A stretch of DNA of 64,000 bases from Candidatus Eiseniibacteriota bacterium (GCA_963707915.1 OY970178.1:480001-544000); one strand, 5' to 3'. Numbered from the stretch's first letter, positions 20,688 to 31,175 are shown. The notes: generated from the letters alone by a model not told the origin. Made by a program: numbers and translations.

Positions 20688-21146
20688 ATGCCTGCCTGGA
20701 CGCCGGCGGAGCGGCGCGGCGCGCTGGTGGTCGCGTTGCTCCTCTCGCTGGGCGCGGCGCGTGATCTGTGGCGCGCGGCGCACCCGCGCATGACCCCCGC
20801 GCCGCCGGCCACGACGGAGGTCTCGAGCGGCGCTTCGGCGCCCGCCGCCGGCCCGCCGGCGGGAAGCGCCGGCCCGGAACCGGCCGGGGCCGGGGCGGTG
20901 GTCGACCTCAACCAGGCCGGGCTCGCCGAGCTGGACGCCCTGCCCGGCATCGGTCCGGTGCTGGCCGGACGCATCCTGCAGCACCGCAGCGCCCACGGCC
21001 CGTTCCGGGAACCGGAGGACCTGCTCGCGGTGCCCGGCATCGGGCCGCGCCTCTACGAGCGCCTCCGGCCCCGGATCCGCGTCGGCCCCGCCCGGGCGCC
21101 TGCGGCCGGGAGTCGAGCGAAGCCGGGCGGCCCGTCCGGGCCCTGA
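20688..21146 (+). CDS. comEA: ComEA-family helix-hairpin-helix DNA-binding protein
   Basis: N-terminal TM segment; VDLNQAGLAELDALPGIGPVLAGRI...GPF...EDLLAVPGIGP. Confidence 0.9.
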   Translation: MPAWTPAERRGALVVALLLSLGAARDLWRAAHPRMTPAPPATTEVSSGASAPAAGPPAGSAGPEPAGAGAVVDLNQAGLAELDALPGIGPVLAGRILQHRSAHGPFREPEDLLAVPGIGPRLYERLRPRIRVGPARAPAAGSRAKPGGPSGP

Positions 21147-21197
21147 GGGCCTTGCAATCGGCATCCCCGGCGCGGCTTTCCGCCTGCGGATTCTGGT

Positions 21198-21225
21198 TCA
21201 GGAGTCCGGGGAGGCCGGCCGATAA
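21198..21225 (+). promoter_or_regulatory. Sigma-28-type promoter of the pilB operon
   Basis: TCAGG-N15-GCCGATAA in intergenic DNA. Confidence 0.7.
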
Positions 21226-21248
21226 CCCAGGTGAAACACGACGCCCAA

Positions 21249-21370
21249 GTGCATCGTGCGCGGCCGTTTGCTCCCTGGAGTCCGGCCGCGCGGATGCACG
21301 TGGCTTTCGTTCGCAGGCTCAGCGCCGCGCGACTCCAGTCTCCGCTGCCGCGGAGCGCGTGTCGCGTGGC
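21249..21370 (+). ncRNA. Candidate structured 5' leader (hairpin plus pseudoknot) of pilB
   Basis: Stem 21249-55/21293-99 and 21258-66/21283-91. Loop CTGGAGTC (21275-82) is complementary to GACTCCAG (21331-38). Folded by hand only. Confidence 0.45.
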
Positions 21371-21395
21371 AGGACCACCGCCGGGGACGAGATTC

Positions 21396-23090
21396 GTGCA
21401 GGAAGACATCGGACAGCTGCTCCTGGCAGCCCAATTGATCGACGAGGACGGGCTCGGCAAGGCCTCGCTCCAGCAGAAGAACATGGGCGGGAGCCTGACC
21501 GGGAACCTGGTCAAGATCGGTGCGATCAGCGAGGACGCGCTCCTGGAGTTCCTCGCGTCGCACTACGGGACGCCCCAGTTCGACCTGAAGAACTTCACGC
21601 CCGACCCGGCGCTCACGCGCCTGATCCCGGGCGACGTCGCCAGCCGCTTCATGGCCCTGCCGGTCGCCCGCAGCGGGCGGCGGCTGGTGGTCGCCATGGC
21701 GAACCCGACCAACATCTTCGCCATCGACGACATCAAGTTCATCACCGGCTACGAGGTCGAGCCGCGGGTCGCGACGGAGGCCGCGCTCAAGAAGGCCCTG
21801 GACCGCGCCTACGACTCGGCCAGCACGATGGCCGACGTGATGAAGGGCATCGAGGACGACCTCTCGGTCGTCGAGGACGACGACAGCGCCGAGGCCGAGG
21901 CGGGGCTCTCGGCGGCCGACGAGGCGCCGATCGTGAAGCTGGTGAACTCGCTCATCGCCGACGCGGTGCGCAAGGGCGCCTCCGACATCCACGTCGAGCC
22001 CTACGAGCGGAGCATGCGGGTGCGCTTCCGCATCGACGGCGTGATGCAGGAGATGATGGCGCCGCCGTTCAAGTTCAAGGCCGCCATCCTCTCGCGACTG
22101 AAGATCATGGCGGAGCTGGACATCGCCGAGCGGCGCGTGCCGCAGGACGGGCGCATCAAGATCAAGGTGATGAACCGCACCATCGACCTGCGCGTCTCGT
22201 CGCTGCCGACCATCTTCGGCGAGAAGATCGTGATGCGCATCCTCGACAAGGCGAACCTCAACATCGACCTGGAGAGGCTCGGCTTCGAGCCGGCCTCGAT
22301 GAAGGAGTTCATCTCGGCGATCGCCAACCCGTACGGCATGGTGCTGGTCACCGGGCCCACCGGCTCCGGCAAGACCACCACGCTCTACTCGGCGCTCTCG
22401 CGGGTGAACACCCCCGAGGTCAACGTGATGACCGCCGAGGACCCGGTCGAGTACAACCTCGACGGCATCAACCAGGTGCTGGTGCACGAGGACATCGGCC
22501 TCACCTTCGCCGCGGCGCTCAAGGCGTTCCTGCGGCAGGACCCCAACATCATCATGGTGGGCGAGATCCGCGACCTGGACACCGGCTCGATCGCGGTGAA
22601 GGCGGCGCTCACCGGCCACCTGGTGCTCTCCACGCTGCACACCAACGACGCGCCGAGCGCGATCGGCCGCATGATCGACATGGGGGTCGAGCCGTTCCTG
22701 GTGGCGTCGTCGGTGAACCTGATCCTGGCCCAGCGCCTCGTGCGCAAGGTGTGCAACGGCTGCAAGGCGCCGATCACGCTCAGCCAGGAGGTGCTGCACG
22801 AACTGCAGCTCACCCCCGAGCAGGCTGCCGGCGCGACGTTCGTCGAGGGACGCGGCTGCGTGGACTGCAACAACACCGGCTACCGCGGGCGGCAGGGCGT
22901 CTACGAGGTGATGTCGATGACGCCGGCGATCCGCGAGCTCGTGCTGGAGCGGGCATCGGCCAACGAGATCAAGCGCGTGGCCATCTCGCAGGGCATGCTG
23001 ACCCTGCGCCGCGACGCGCTGGAGAAGCTCAAGCGCGGCATGACCACGGTCGAGGAAGTGCTCAAGGAGACGGCGGCCGACCAGTTCTAG
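21396..23090 (+). CDS. pilB: Type IV pilus extension ATPase
   Basis: ASDIHVEP, LDIAERRVPQDGR, GPTGSGKTTT, AEDPVEY, LRQDPNIIMVGEIRD, Zn-binding CxxC pairs. GTG 21396 chosen as start. Confidence 0.95.
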   Translation: MQEDIGQLLLAAQLIDEDGLGKASLQQKNMGGSLTGNLVKIGAISEDALLEFLASHYGTPQFDLKNFTPDPALTRLIPGDVASRFMALPVARSGRRLVVAMANPTNIFAIDDIKFITGYEVEPRVATEAALKKALDRAYDSASTMADVMKGIEDDLSVVEDDDSAEAEAGLSAADEAPIVKLVNSLIADAVRKGASDIHVEPYERSMRVRFRIDGVMQEMMAPPFKFKAAILSRLKIMAELDIAERRVPQDGRIKIKVMNRTIDLRVSSLPTIFGEKIVMRILDKANLNIDLERLGFEPASMKEFISAIANPYGMVLVTGPTGSGKTTTLYSALSRVNTPEVNVMTAEDPVEYNLDGINQVLVHEDIGLTFAAALKAFLRQDPNIIMVGEIRDLDTGSIAVKAALTGHLVLSTLHTNDAPSAIGRMIDMGVEPFLVASSVNLILAQRLVRKVCNGCKAPITLSQEVLHELQLTPEQAAGATFVEGRGCVDCNNTGYRGRQGVYEVMSMTPAIRELVLERASANEIKRVAISQGMLTLRRDALEKLKRGMTTVEEVLKETAADQF

Positions 23091-23160
23091 GAACGCACCG
23101 GCGCGGGTCCCGCAACCGGCGGGGGCCCTCACCGTCGAATCGGAGAGGAGAGGACCAGAC

Positions 23161-24264
23161 GTGGTGACCCTTCGCCAGCTGCTCGAGGACATGGTGTCGA
23201 GGCGGGCCTCGGACCTGCACATCACGGCCGGAGTGCCGCCGGAGTTCCGCGTGGACGGGATCATCGCGCCGAGCGAGTACGAGGTGCTCAGCCCCGACGA
23301 CACCGGCAAGCTCGCGTACAGCGTGATGTCGGACGAACAGCGCAAGCGCTTCGAGACCACCAAGGAGCTGGACTTCTCGTTCGGCATCAAGGGCCTGGCG
23401 CGCTACCGCGCGAACGTCTTCCTGCAGCGTGGCACGGTCTGCATGGTGATCCGCCAGATCCCCTTCGAGATCCTGCAGATGGACAAGCTGGGGCTGCCGA
23501 ACGTGGCCCGGGAGTTCACCAACCGGATGAAGGGGATGATCCTGGTGACCGGGCCGACCGGCAGCGGCAAGTCGACGACGCTGGCGGCGATGCTGGACAA
23601 GATCAACCAGACGCGCCAGTGCCACATCATCACCATCGAGGACCCGGTCGAGTACATCCATCACCACAAGAAGTGCATCGTGAACCAGCGGGAGGTCGGC
23701 TCGGACACGACGTCCTTCCCGACCGCGCTCAAGTACGTCCTGCGCCAGGACCCGGACATCATCCTGATCGGCGAGATGCGCGACCTCGAGACCATCGAGG
23801 CGGCGCTCACCATCGCCGAGACCGGGCACCTGGTGTTCGCCACCCTGCACACCAACTCGACCTACGAGGCGGTCAACCGCATCGTGGACGTGTTCCCCGC
23901 CGACCAGCAGAAGCAGATCCTCACCCAGCTCGCCTTCACGCTCGAAGGCGTGATCACCCAGCAGCTCATCCCGCGCAGCCACGGCTCGGGGCGCATCCTG
24001 TGCGCCGAGGTGCTGGTGTGCACGCCGGCCATCAAGGCGGTGATCCGCGAGGGCAAGACGCACCAGATCTACAGCCTGATGCAGGCCGGGCAGAAGTTCG
24101 GCATGCAGACCATGAACCAGGCGCTCCTGCAGGCGGTGCTCGACAAGCACCTGAGTCCCGAGGACGCGTTCGAACACTGCAGCGACCGGACCGAGCTCGA
24201 GGGGATGCTCGGGAAGGTCTGGGCCGGTTCGGCGGGCGGTTCGACCCACCGGAAAGTCGCGTAG
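23161..24264 (+). CDS. pilT: Type IV pilus retraction ATPase
   Basis: ASDLHIT, GPTGSGKSTTLAAM, TIEDPVEY, NQREVG, AETGHLVFATLHTN, AIKAVIRE, GMQTM. Confidence 0.95.
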   Translation: MVTLRQLLEDMVSRRASDLHITAGVPPEFRVDGIIAPSEYEVLSPDDTGKLAYSVMSDEQRKRFETTKELDFSFGIKGLARYRANVFLQRGTVCMVIRQIPFEILQMDKLGLPNVAREFTNRMKGMILVTGPTGSGKSTTLAAMLDKINQTRQCHIITIEDPVEYIHHHKKCIVNQREVGSDTTSFPTALKYVLRQDPDIILIGEMRDLETIEAALTIAETGHLVFATLHTNSTYEAVNRIVDVFPADQQKQILTQLAFTLEGVITQQLIPRSHGSGRILCAEVLVCTPAIKAVIREGKTHQIYSLMQAGQKFGMQTMNQALLQAVLDKHLSPEDAFEHCSDRTELEGMLGKVWAGSAGGSTHRKVA

Positions 24265-24273
24265 GAGGATCCC

Positions 24274-25491
24274 ATGCCTGTCTTCGTTTGGAAGGGACGC
24301 ACGCTCGCCGGTGAGGCGCAGAGCGGGGAGATCGAGGTCGGGCGCCAGGACGAGGCCGTCGACCTGCTGCGCAAGAGGAAGATCCTGGTCACCTCGATGC
24401 GGCCCAAGTCCGGCGGCTTCAAGATGCCGAAGCTGGGCGGCAGCGGCGTGACGACCAAGGACCTCGCCATCTTCACCCGTCAGTTCGCGACCATGATCTC
24501 GGCCGGCCTGCCGCTGGTCCAGTGCCTCGACATCCTCGCCAAGCAGTCGTCGAAGCCCTCGTTCGGCCGGGTGATCGGCGAGGTCACGCGCGAGGTCGAG
24601 GCCGGCGCGACGCTCGCGGACGCGCTGGGCAAGCACAAGGACGTCTTCGACGACCTGTTCCGCAACATGGTGGCCGCGGGCGAGGCCGGCGGCGTGCTGG
24701 ACGAGATCCTCATGCGGCTCGCCACCTACATCGAGAAGGCGGACGCCCTGAAGCGCAAGGTCCAGGGCGCGATGGTCTACCCGGCGGTGGTGCTCTCGGT
24801 CTGCGTCGGCGCCGCGGCCTTCATGCTGATCTTCATCATCCCGACGTTCGCGAAGATGTTCACGGACTTCGGCGGGGAGCTGCCGCTGCCCACCAAGATC
24901 GTCCTGATGCTGTCGAACGGGCTGCAGCGGTACTGGTGGGTGATGGTGCTGGGGATCGTCGGCGGGGTGATCGCGTTCAAGCGCTACCACGCCACCGAGT
25001 CCGGCCACCGGAACATCGACGCGACCATGCTGAAGGTGCCGGTGCTGGGCGACGTGCTGCTGAAGGGCGCGGTGGCCCGCTTCACGCGCACGCTCGGCAC
25101 GCTGATCGCGTCGGGCGTGCCCATCCTGGCGGGCCTCGAGATCACGGCCCGCACCTCGGGCAACCGGATCATCTCCGAGGCCATCATGACGGCCCGCTCG
25201 TCGATCAGCGAGGGCGAGACGGTGTCGGCCCCGCTCAAGGCGTCGGGCGTGTTCCCGCCGATGGTGGTGCAGATGATCTCGGTGGGCGAGCAGACCGGCG
25301 CGCTCGACGAGATGCTCACCAAGATCGCGGTGTTCTACGAGTCGGAGGTGGACACCGCGGTGGACAGCATGACCTCGATCATCGAGCCGCTGATGATCGT
25401 GATGATGGGCGGCATGGTCGGCGGCATGGTGGTCGCGATGTACCTGCCGATGTTCAAGCTGATCAGCGTGGTCGCCGGCGGGTCGAACTGA
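24274..25491 (+). CDS. pilC: Type IV pilus inner-membrane platform protein
   Basis: FTRQFATMISAGLPL, GEAGGVLD, AMVYP, LPLPT, GEQTGALDEML, AMYLPMF. Confidence 0.95.
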   Translation: MPVFVWKGRTLAGEAQSGEIEVGRQDEAVDLLRKRKILVTSMRPKSGGFKMPKLGGSGVTTKDLAIFTRQFATMISAGLPLVQCLDILAKQSSKPSFGRVIGEVTREVEAGATLADALGKHKDVFDDLFRNMVAAGEAGGVLDEILMRLATYIEKADALKRKVQGAMVYPAVVLSVCVGAAAFMLIFIIPTFAKMFTDFGGELPLPTKIVLMLSNGLQRYWWVMVLGIVGGVIAFKRYHATESGHRNIDATMLKVPVLGDVLLKGAVARFTRTLGTLIASGVPILAGLEITARTSGNRIISEAIMTARSSISEGETVSAPLKASGVFPPMVVQMISVGEQTGALDEMLTKIAVFYESEVDTAVDSMTSIIEPLMIVMMGGMVGGMVVAMYLPMFKLISVVAGGSN

Positions 25492-25493
25492 CG

Positions 25494-27197
25494 ATGACGA
25501 CGCTCGCGCACGAGCCGGCCGGTCCGGGCAGCCCGCCCGCCCTGCCGCATCCCGCGCCCGGCCCCGGTGGCCGGGAGCGGGCGCCCGTGCGTGGGCTGAT
25601 GACGCTGGTGTGGGGCCGGCTGGTGGTCGCGGCGCTGGCGTTGCCGTTGGGCCTGCTGATGCGCCCCGACGCCGACGGGGGGGCGCGCGCCCTGTTCGCC
25701 GCGTCGGCCGCGTGGGTCGTGGCGCTCTCGGCGGTGTTCGCGCTCGCGCTTCGCACCCGGCGCTCGCTCGCGCTCCAGGGCCACGCGCAGCTGGTCGCGG
25801 ACCTCCTCCTGGTGACGGCGCTGGCGGCGCACACCGGCGGGCGGGGCAGCCCGTTCGTGCTGTTCTACGTGCTGGTGGTCATCTCGGGCGGGCTGCTGGC
25901 CCGGCTCGGCGGCGGGCTGTTCGCCGCCGCGGGCGCGGGCGGCGCCTACCTGCTCCTCCCGGCGCTCGCGGCGCGCGTCGACCCCTCCGGGGCCGCGGCC
26001 CCGGAGACCGCGCTCCCGGCCGGGATGCTGCTGGCCTTCGTCGCCATCGTGGGGGTGCTGGCCGGTGTGCTGGGGCGCCGGGTGCGCGCCACGCGCGACG
26101 ACCTGGAGCGCACCACGCGCGAGCTCGACCGGGTGCGCGTGGATAACGACGTCATCCTGCGGCACCTGGCGACCGGCGTCCTCACGGTGGATGCCTGGGG
26201 GACGGTGGCCTACCTGAACCCGGCCGCCGAGCAGGTGCTGGGACTGCGGACGCCGGAGCTGCGCGGGCGCGCGCTGCGGGAGGCGCTGCCCGATCGCATC
26301 GGGCTGCTGCGCGACCTGGTGCAGGACACGCTGGCCCGCGGCGAGCCCCGGATGCGTGCCGAGATGACCGCGCGCTCGGCCGCCGGTCACGAGCTGGTGC
26401 TGGGGGTGACCACCAACCTGTTGCGCCACGAAGGCGCGGTGACCGGGGTCGTGGCGGTCTTCCAGGACCTGACCGCGGTGCGCGCCATGGAGCAGCGCGC
26501 GCGCCGCAACCAGACGCTGGCCGAGGTGGGCGCGCTGGCCGCGGGGATCGCGCACGAGTTGCGCAACGGGCTCAACCCGATCAGCGGCTCGGTGGAGTTC
26601 CTGCAGCGCGAGCTCAAGCCCGAGGGGGAGAGTGCCGTGCTCATGAACCTCATCACGCGGGAGTGCGGGCGGCTCAACCGGTTCGTGTGCGACCTGTTGA
26701 GCTACGCGCGCGAGCGCGACCTGGTGCTGGAGCCGTTCGACCTCGACGACCACATGGACGAGCTGCGCGACGGGCTGCGGAGCGATCCGCGTTGCGGCGC
26801 CGGGGTCCGGGTCGCCTTCGAGCCGCCGGGCACCGGCGTGCGCCTGCGGGGCGACCGCGGGCAGTTGCGGCAGGTCTGGCTGAACCTGGTCAACAACGCG
26901 CTGGACGCGATGGCCGGCGTCGGCACGCTGACGGTGCGCTGGCGTCCGGCGGATGGCGGGCGGGTGGTCGTGGAGTTCCAGGACCAGGGGGCCGGCATCG
27001 CCCCCGAGGTCCTGCCGCGCGTCGGAGAGCCCTTCTTCACCACCAAGCAGGAAGGCACCGGGCTGGGCGTGGCGATGGCCCAGCGGATCCTGGAGCGGCA
27101 CGGCGGCTCGCTGGTCTTCGAGAGCGCGCCGGGCCGCGGCACGATCGTCCGGGTGAGCCTGCCTGCCGAAGTCGAAATCCTGGCGAAAGCCGCTTGA
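25494..27197 (+). CDS. pilS: Membrane PAS sensor histidine kinase, PilS-like
   Basis: Multiple TM segments, PAS domain, H-box AHELRNGL, N-box NLVNNA, DQGAGI, FFTTK, GTGLG; position before pilR. Confidence 0.85.
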   Translation: MTTLAHEPAGPGSPPALPHPAPGPGGRERAPVRGLMTLVWGRLVVAALALPLGLLMRPDADGGARALFAASAAWVVALSAVFALALRTRRSLALQGHAQLVADLLLVTALAAHTGGRGSPFVLFYVLVVISGGLLARLGGGLFAAAGAGGAYLLLPALAARVDPSGAAAPETALPAGMLLAFVAIVGVLAGVLGRRVRATRDDLERTTRELDRVRVDNDVILRHLATGVLTVDAWGTVAYLNPAAEQVLGLRTPELRGRALREALPDRIGLLRDLVQDTLARGEPRMRAEMTARSAAGHELVLGVTTNLLRHEGAVTGVVAVFQDLTAVRAMEQRARRNQTLAEVGALAAGIAHELRNGLNPISGSVEFLQRELKPEGESAVLMNLITRECGRLNRFVCDLLSYARERDLVLEPFDLDDHMDELRDGLRSDPRCGAGVRVAFEPPGTGVRLRGDRGQLRQVWLNLVNNALDAMAGVGTLTVRWRPADGGRVVVEFQDQGAGIAPEVLPRVGEPFFTTKQEGTGLGVAMAQRILERHGGSLVFESAPGRGTIVRVSLPAEVEILAKAA

Positions 27198-27231
27198 GAG
27201 CCACGAACGCCCTTCTGGAGAGGTGATCCAC

Positions 27232-28644
<1,413 letters not shown>

Positions 28645-28676
28645 GGATTGCAGCGTGCACGGAATGGCCGCCTGCA

Positions 28677-28719
28677 TTGCGAATCGCGCAACCGGTGGCC
28701 GGTCGCAAGGAGGATTGCG
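28677..28719. promoter_or_regulatory. Candidate enhancer (UAS) for PilR
   Basis: Palindromes TTGCG-N5-CGCAA (28677-91) and CGCAA-N6-TTGCG (28704-19), 100-140 bp upstream of the sigma-54 site. Confidence 0.45.
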
Positions 28720-28818
28720 CGGTCCCGGCCCGGCCCGGGGGACGCGCAGGACGGACCCGAAGCAGTCAACTCGAAGTGCGGGAACGCAGTAGGGAAGCAG
28801 CACGGGGAAGGCCGCGCG

Positions 28819-28834
28819 TGGCACGGCGGTTGCT
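28819..28834 (+). promoter_or_regulatory. Sigma-54 (-24/-12) promoter of pilin 1
   Basis: TGGCACGGCGGTTGCT is a perfect TGGCACG-N4-TTGC match. Confidence 0.85.
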
Positions 28835-28907
28835 CGACTAGCAGGTCGAGGGTCCAGGAAACGACGCGAAGGGCGACCCGAGGAATCCACCAGGAGGAGT
28901 GCCAGCC

Positions 28908-29340
28908 ATGTTCCGTTCCCAGAAGGGCTTCACCCTGATCGAGCTGATGATCGTCGTCGTCATCATCGGCATCCTCGCTGCCATCGCGATCCCGAACTTC
29001 ATCGCCATGCAGAACCGCGCGAAGGAAGGCAGCACCAAGGCCAACATGCACACCTTCCAGCTCGCGGCCGAGGACTACGGCGTGCAGAACGACGGCGTCT
29101 ACGCCGCGGACGCCGCCACCGTCGCGCCCCTGCTGCCGGCCGGCGGCGCCACCTTCAAGAACCCGTTCGACGGCGACACGGGCACTGCGTACGACGACAT
29201 CGGCAGCTTCGTCCGGCCGCTGGTTCCCGACCGCGACGGCCGGCATCGTCTCGTACAGCGACTCGTCGACGGCGCTGTACATCATCGCGGGTCAGGGCAA
29301 GGACGCGGCCCTCACGCTGCAGCTCACCGCTGGCCAGTAG
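28908..29340 (+). pseudogene. pilA: Major type IVa pilin with an apparent frameshift near 29229 (real or assembly error)
   Basis: KG/FTLIELMIVV prepilin motif and AGGAGG RBS. After RPLVP, homology to pilin 2 continues in another frame (TATAGIVSYSDSSTALYIIAGQGKDAALTLQLTAGQ*, TAG at 29338-40), followed by a hairpin. Confidence 0.8.
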
Positions 29341-29644
29341 CAGCCGACGGTAGACGGGGCGGGAGGCGCGCGACGCCTCCCGCCCATTCGATGACGCGAG
29401 AGCCGGGAGACGGACTTCGAAACGGCGGCCGTGGAGCGCCGCCAGGAAGGTGAGTCGGGCCATGCGAGAATCGCCCAGAGGGTTCACCCTGATCGAGTTG
29501 ATGATCGTGGTCGTCATCATCGGAATCCTGGCGGCCATCGCGATCCCCAACTTCGTCGCGATGCAGGTCCGCGCCAAGGAAGGCAGCACCAAGGCCAACA
29601 TGCACACCTTCCAGCTGGCGGCCGAGGACTACGGCGTGCAGAAC
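29022..29644 (+). repeat. 69-nt direct repeat shared by the two pilins (29022-29090 and 29576-29644)
   Basis: AAGGAAGGCAGCACC...GTGCAGAAC, 68 of 69 nt identical by manual comparison. Confidence 0.85.
29357..29385 (+). terminator. Stem-loop after pilin 1
   Basis: GGGCGGGAGGCG-cgcga-CGCCTCCCGCCC, a 12-bp perfect stem with a weak U tail. Confidence 0.65.
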
Positions 29645-29893
29645 AACGGGCGGTACGCGGGGACCGCGGACGAGGTCGCACCCGGGTTGGCCGGCGGCGG
29701 CTCCACGCTCAAGAACCCGTTCGACGGCAGCACGACCACCGCCTACGCGGACCAGCCTGCGTGGGCACGGCCGCTGGCGACCGGCGTGACGACGCCCGGC
29801 ACCGCGGTGTACGGGGACTCCTCGAACGTGGTCTACCAGATCGCGGGCGAGGGCAAGGACGCCACCCTGAGGCTGGTGCTCACCAGCAACTGA
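29462..29893 (+). CDS. Second type IVa pilin, tandem paralog
   Basis: RG/FTLIELMIVVVIIGILAAIAIPNF; alternative start GTG 29450. Confidence 0.9.
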   Translation: MRESPRGFTLIELMIVVVIIGILAAIAIPNFVAMQVRAKEGSTKANMHTFQLAAEDYGVQNNGRYAGTADEVAPGLAGGGSTLKNPFDGSTTTAYADQPAWARPLATGVTTPGTAVYGDSSNVVYQIAGEGKDATLRLVLTSN

Positions 29894-30037
29894 CGGAGCC
29901 CGGGGCCGCTCTGCCCGGCCCGTCGCTACGCGCGGCAGACCCCCGAGGTTCTCCTGCCCAGGAGAGCTTCGTGGCGTCCGGATGAGCCCGGTCACCCGCC
30001 CCGCCTTCCCCTGGCGCCCCGCCTCCTCACCTCCGTG

Positions 30038-30053
30038 CGGCACGCCCGTTGCA
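30038..30053 (+). promoter_or_regulatory. Sigma-54 promoter of the ABC module
   Basis: CGGCACGCCCGTTGCA, matching GG-N10-GC with CACG and TTGC. Confidence 0.75.
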
Positions 30054-30155
30054 AGCACAGGCGCCCCGGTGGAGCCGCCATGCGACAGGGCCGGCCATGG
30101 CCCGATGGCGCAAGGGCTTGGCCCCATCGGAGGGGACCCGGAGGTGGACGAAACC

Positions 30156-31175
30156 ATGCAGAGTTCGATCGCCTCGATTGCGGACCGGCAAGCGACTGGC
30201 CGCCCTCTGGCCGCGGCGACTGCCCCGGATCCCGGCCTGGCCGTGTGCGTCCGGGGGCTTGCGAAGCACTACGTGCACCCGTGGACGCTCCGGGTGACGC
30301 GCGGTCTCGACGCGCTGGACCTCGACGTGCGCCGCGGCGAGGTGATGGGCCTGCTCGGTCCCAACGGGGCCGGGAAGACCACCACGCTCAAGCTCCTCAC
30401 CGGGCTGCTGAAGCCCACGCGCGGGCAGGCCTGGCTGATGGGCGAGCCGGTCGAGGACACCGCCTCGCGCCGCAGCCTCGGCTTCCTGCCCGAGCAGCCG
30501 TACTTCTACGACTACCTGAACGGCATCGAGTACCTCGAGCTGGCGGCACGGCTCTCCGGCATGACGGCGGCGGCGGCGCGCGACCGCGCGCGCCACTGGC
30601 TCGGACGGGTCGGGCTCGACGAGCGACCGCGCCTTGGCCTGCGCAAGTACTCGAAGGGCATGCTGCAGCGCCTCGGGCTGGCGGCCGCGCTGGTGCACGG
30701 GCCCGGGTTGCTCATCCTGGACGAGCCCATGAGCGGGCTCGACCCGTTCGGCCGCCGCGACGTGCGCGACCTCATCACCGAGCAGCGCGAGCGCGGCGTG
30801 ACCGTGCTGTTCTCTTCGCACATCCTGCCGGACGTCGAGATGCTGTGCGACCGGGTGGCCATCATGACCGGCGGCCGCCTGACGCGAGTGGCCACCGTCG
30901 GCGAACTGGTGGAGGACGGGCCGCAGGCGGTCGAGATCCGCTGTGCGGCGGGGGCGCTGCTCGAGGTGCCGTCCCGCTGGGCGGGCCAGGTCTCGCGCAC
31001 CCAGCGTGCCGACGAGTCCGTCTTCCGGGTCGAGGACGAGGCGCGGCTGGGGGACGTGCTGGGCTGGCTGCTCCAGTCCGGCGTCCCGATCCGCGCGGTG
31101 ACGCCGCAGCGACCGACCCTCGAATCGCTCTTCCTGGCCGCCGCCGAGACCGAGCACGAGCGGAGGAGCGCATGA
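30156..31175 (+). CDS. ABC ATP-binding protein (Myxococcus PilH-like)
   Basis: GPNGAGKTT, YSKGMLQR, LDEP, SSH; GGAGG RBS before ATG 30156. Confidence 0.9.
   Translation: MQSSIASIADRQATGRPLAAATAPDPGLAVCVRGLAKHYVHPWTLRVTRGLDALDLDVRRGEVMGLLGPNGAGKTTTLKLLTGLLKPTRGQAWLMGEPVEDTASRRSLGFLPEQPYFYDYLNGIEYLELAARLSGMTAAAARDRARHWLGRVGLDERPRLGLRKYSKGMLQRLGLAAALVHGPGLLILDEPMSGLDPFGRRDVRDLITEQRERGVTVLFSSHILPDVEMLCDRVAIMTGGRLTRVATVGELVEDGPQAVEIRCAAGALLEVPSRWAGQVSRTQRADESVFRVEDEARLGDVLGWLLQSGVPIRAVTPQRPTLESLFLAAAETEHERRSA

Noticed and set aside
15198..21225. Exact 6000-nt spacing between two sigma-28-type promoters
   Set aside because: No mechanism is apparent; treated as coincidence.
21226..21255. c-di-GMP-I (GEMM) riboswitch, suggested by GGTGAAAC...GACGC
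   Set aside because: It lacks the GNRA-capped hairpin and the GCAAA/receptor elements.
28908..29893. Conductive e-pilin
   Set aside because: These are full-length pilins with globular heads, not the truncated type, and there are no cytochromes in the window.
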